Origin: an uncultured Gammaproteobacteria bacterium
GTDB taxonomy: Bacteria > Pseudomonadota > Gammaproteobacteria > UBA9214
Assembly: GCA_963827755.1 (NCBI GenBank)
Contig: CAWHCQ010000004.1
Span: forward strand, 64,001-128,000
Length of the DNA: 64,000 nt
Direction: 5' to 3'
Part shown: positions 62,847-64,000 of the stretch, one piece after another
How the letters are laid out: the number at the start of each line of letters is the position of its first letter
How positions within the stretch are numbered: the first letter of the stretch is position 1
The notes under the pieces: generated by a model
What the model saw: only the letters and a program-made list of their open reading frames with translations
What the model was told of the DNA's origin: nothing
The model's database searches: none
Translations under genes and position numbers: made by a program

Positions 62847-63617
62847 TCATGCGACACAAGACATAGCCGCAACCTGTACGCAAATGCACGGACTTGCGAA
62901 GCGCTTGCAATGTCCGGATCTTAACCCGATGGGACCTCGGTCATCCTGCGGGAGCGGGTATGCCGGTGCTTTCGCGCGGGCCACGCCCGTAGGTGGTAAG
63001 GGCCGACGTACCCATAATTGCACGCTGCATGCTTTCACCCACACCAGCAAACGATTATTGACCGGCATCTCGTGGTCTGCCTTCAGGTGCATACCATTGA
63101 CGCCGGCAAGCGCATCGAGGTCCTCGAAATTACGCAGCCCACTCAAGGGATCGCGGTCCTTTAGCCAGTGTTCAAAACGCTCATTACTGGCGCTGGTGAA
63201 GTGCCCCTGGTAGTTAAATGGCCCGTACAGGCAGAAGCTTCCACCACCAGCCAGCAGCCTGCCGATACCGCGGAACATATCCTCGACCGCAGACCAGGCC
63301 ATGATGTGCGCGGTATTGGCGCTGAATATTCCGTCGTAAACGGTTTCCGGCCACGGACCCCGGGTGACATCGAGTGACAGCGGTGGCAGCACATTATCCA
63401 GGGCGGCCTCAGCCCGCCATGCACTGATGCTGGCATGGTTGCATGCCATGTCACTTGTTTGCCAGGTCAGGTGGGGGAGTTGACTGGAGAAATAAACGGC
63501 ATGTTGCCCGGTGCCGCTGCCGATTTCGAGCACTCGGCGGGAGTCTGCAAACTCATCGCGAATAATGCCGAGGATAGGCGTCCTGTTTTGTTCGCAGGCT
63601 TCAGAGTACTGCTTCAT
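62847..63617 (-). CDS. DUF938 class I SAM-dependent methyltransferase
   Basis: VLEIGSGTGQH, YGPFN and MPVNN; the C-terminal ~55 aa look like read-through. Confidence 0.9.
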   Translation of the reverse strand: MKQYSEACEQNRTPILGIIRDEFADSRRVLEIGSGTGQHAVYFSSQLPHLTWQTSDMACNHASISAWRAEAALDNVLPPLSLDVTRGPWPETVYDGIFSANTAHIMAWSAVEDMFRGIGRLLAGGGSFCLYGPFNYQGHFTSASNERFEHWLKDRDPLSGLRNFEDLDALAGVNGMHLKADHEMPVNNRLLVWVKACSVQLWVRRPLPPTGVARAKAPAYPLPQDDRGPIGLRSGHCKRFASPCICVQVAAMSCVA

Positions 63618-63699
63618 TGTTCAGGCACCGGGGGAATTTCAGCATGAAAGCGGGCCAGGCCGGCCTCATGCGAAGCCGGCCTGCCGGTACACAAGGGTG

Positions 63700-64000
63700 T
63701 TACCTGACAGTAATCTTCCTGGGTTCAGGCTTTTCCTGTTTCGGAATGCCGATTTCAAGCACGCCATCCGTCACAGTTGCACTGATGGCCTCTGCGTTGA
63801 CAGTATCCGGAAGGGTGAACTGTCTGACGAAGCTGCCATGGCTGCGTTCCCTGCGGCGATAGGTTTCAGCGTTTTCCCCGCTATCGATGGTGCGTTCGCC
63901 CTTCACGGTCAGGACACTGTCTTCGAGCGAGATGTCGATATTCTCGCGCGCAACGCCCGGGATATCCGCTGCCAGGACATAGCGGTTTTCCTCCTCGCGT
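63700..64000 (-). CDS. Hsp20/alpha-crystallin small heat-shock protein (3' part)
   Basis: ADIPGV, ERSHGSFVRQFTLP and DGVLEIGIPK; start lies outside the window. Confidence 0.93.
   Translation of the reverse strand, partial: REEENRYVLAADIPGVARENIDISLEDSVLTVKGERTIDSGENAETYRRRERSHGSFVRQFTLPDTVNAEAISATVTDGVLEIGIPKQEKPEPRKITVR

Overview
This is a chromosomal segment of a Gammaproteobacterium, probably a sulfur oxidiser (inferred from soxYZ, the LysR type and the gene order). The backbone is housekeeping: regB-like kinase (partial), LysR, perM, bcp, gcvR, dapA-bamC, purL, ettA, glyA-nrdR-ribD-ribE-ribBX-ribH-nusB-thiL-pgpA, folE2-ispA-xseB, rubrerythrin/Fe-S oxidoreductase/DUF3501, parE-parC, adenylate cyclase, DUF1015, fimX/fimW, epmB-efp-epmA, an Mla/MCE ABC operon, trmJ-cysE-iscR and hsp20 (partial). 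The most unusual part is an ~11.6 kb accessory island (23502-35090) bracketed by two nearly identical, inverted 254-bp structured repeats. Inside it, unrelated gene modules (two VPLPA-CTERM proteins, CBS, PDZ, ceramidase-like, a soxYZ/cytochrome c cluster with a NarL-type two-component system) are each separated by clusters of related ~30-bp imperfect palindromes, and two remnants of an IS91/ISCR rolling-circle transposase are present. This looks like a cassette-array gene-capture system with no integron integrase in the window. A second notable inference is that DUF1015 sits where serB normally lies. Many backbone genes carry apparent +1 frameshifts that are most likely long-read sequencing errors. 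All calls come from reading the sequence; no searches were run.
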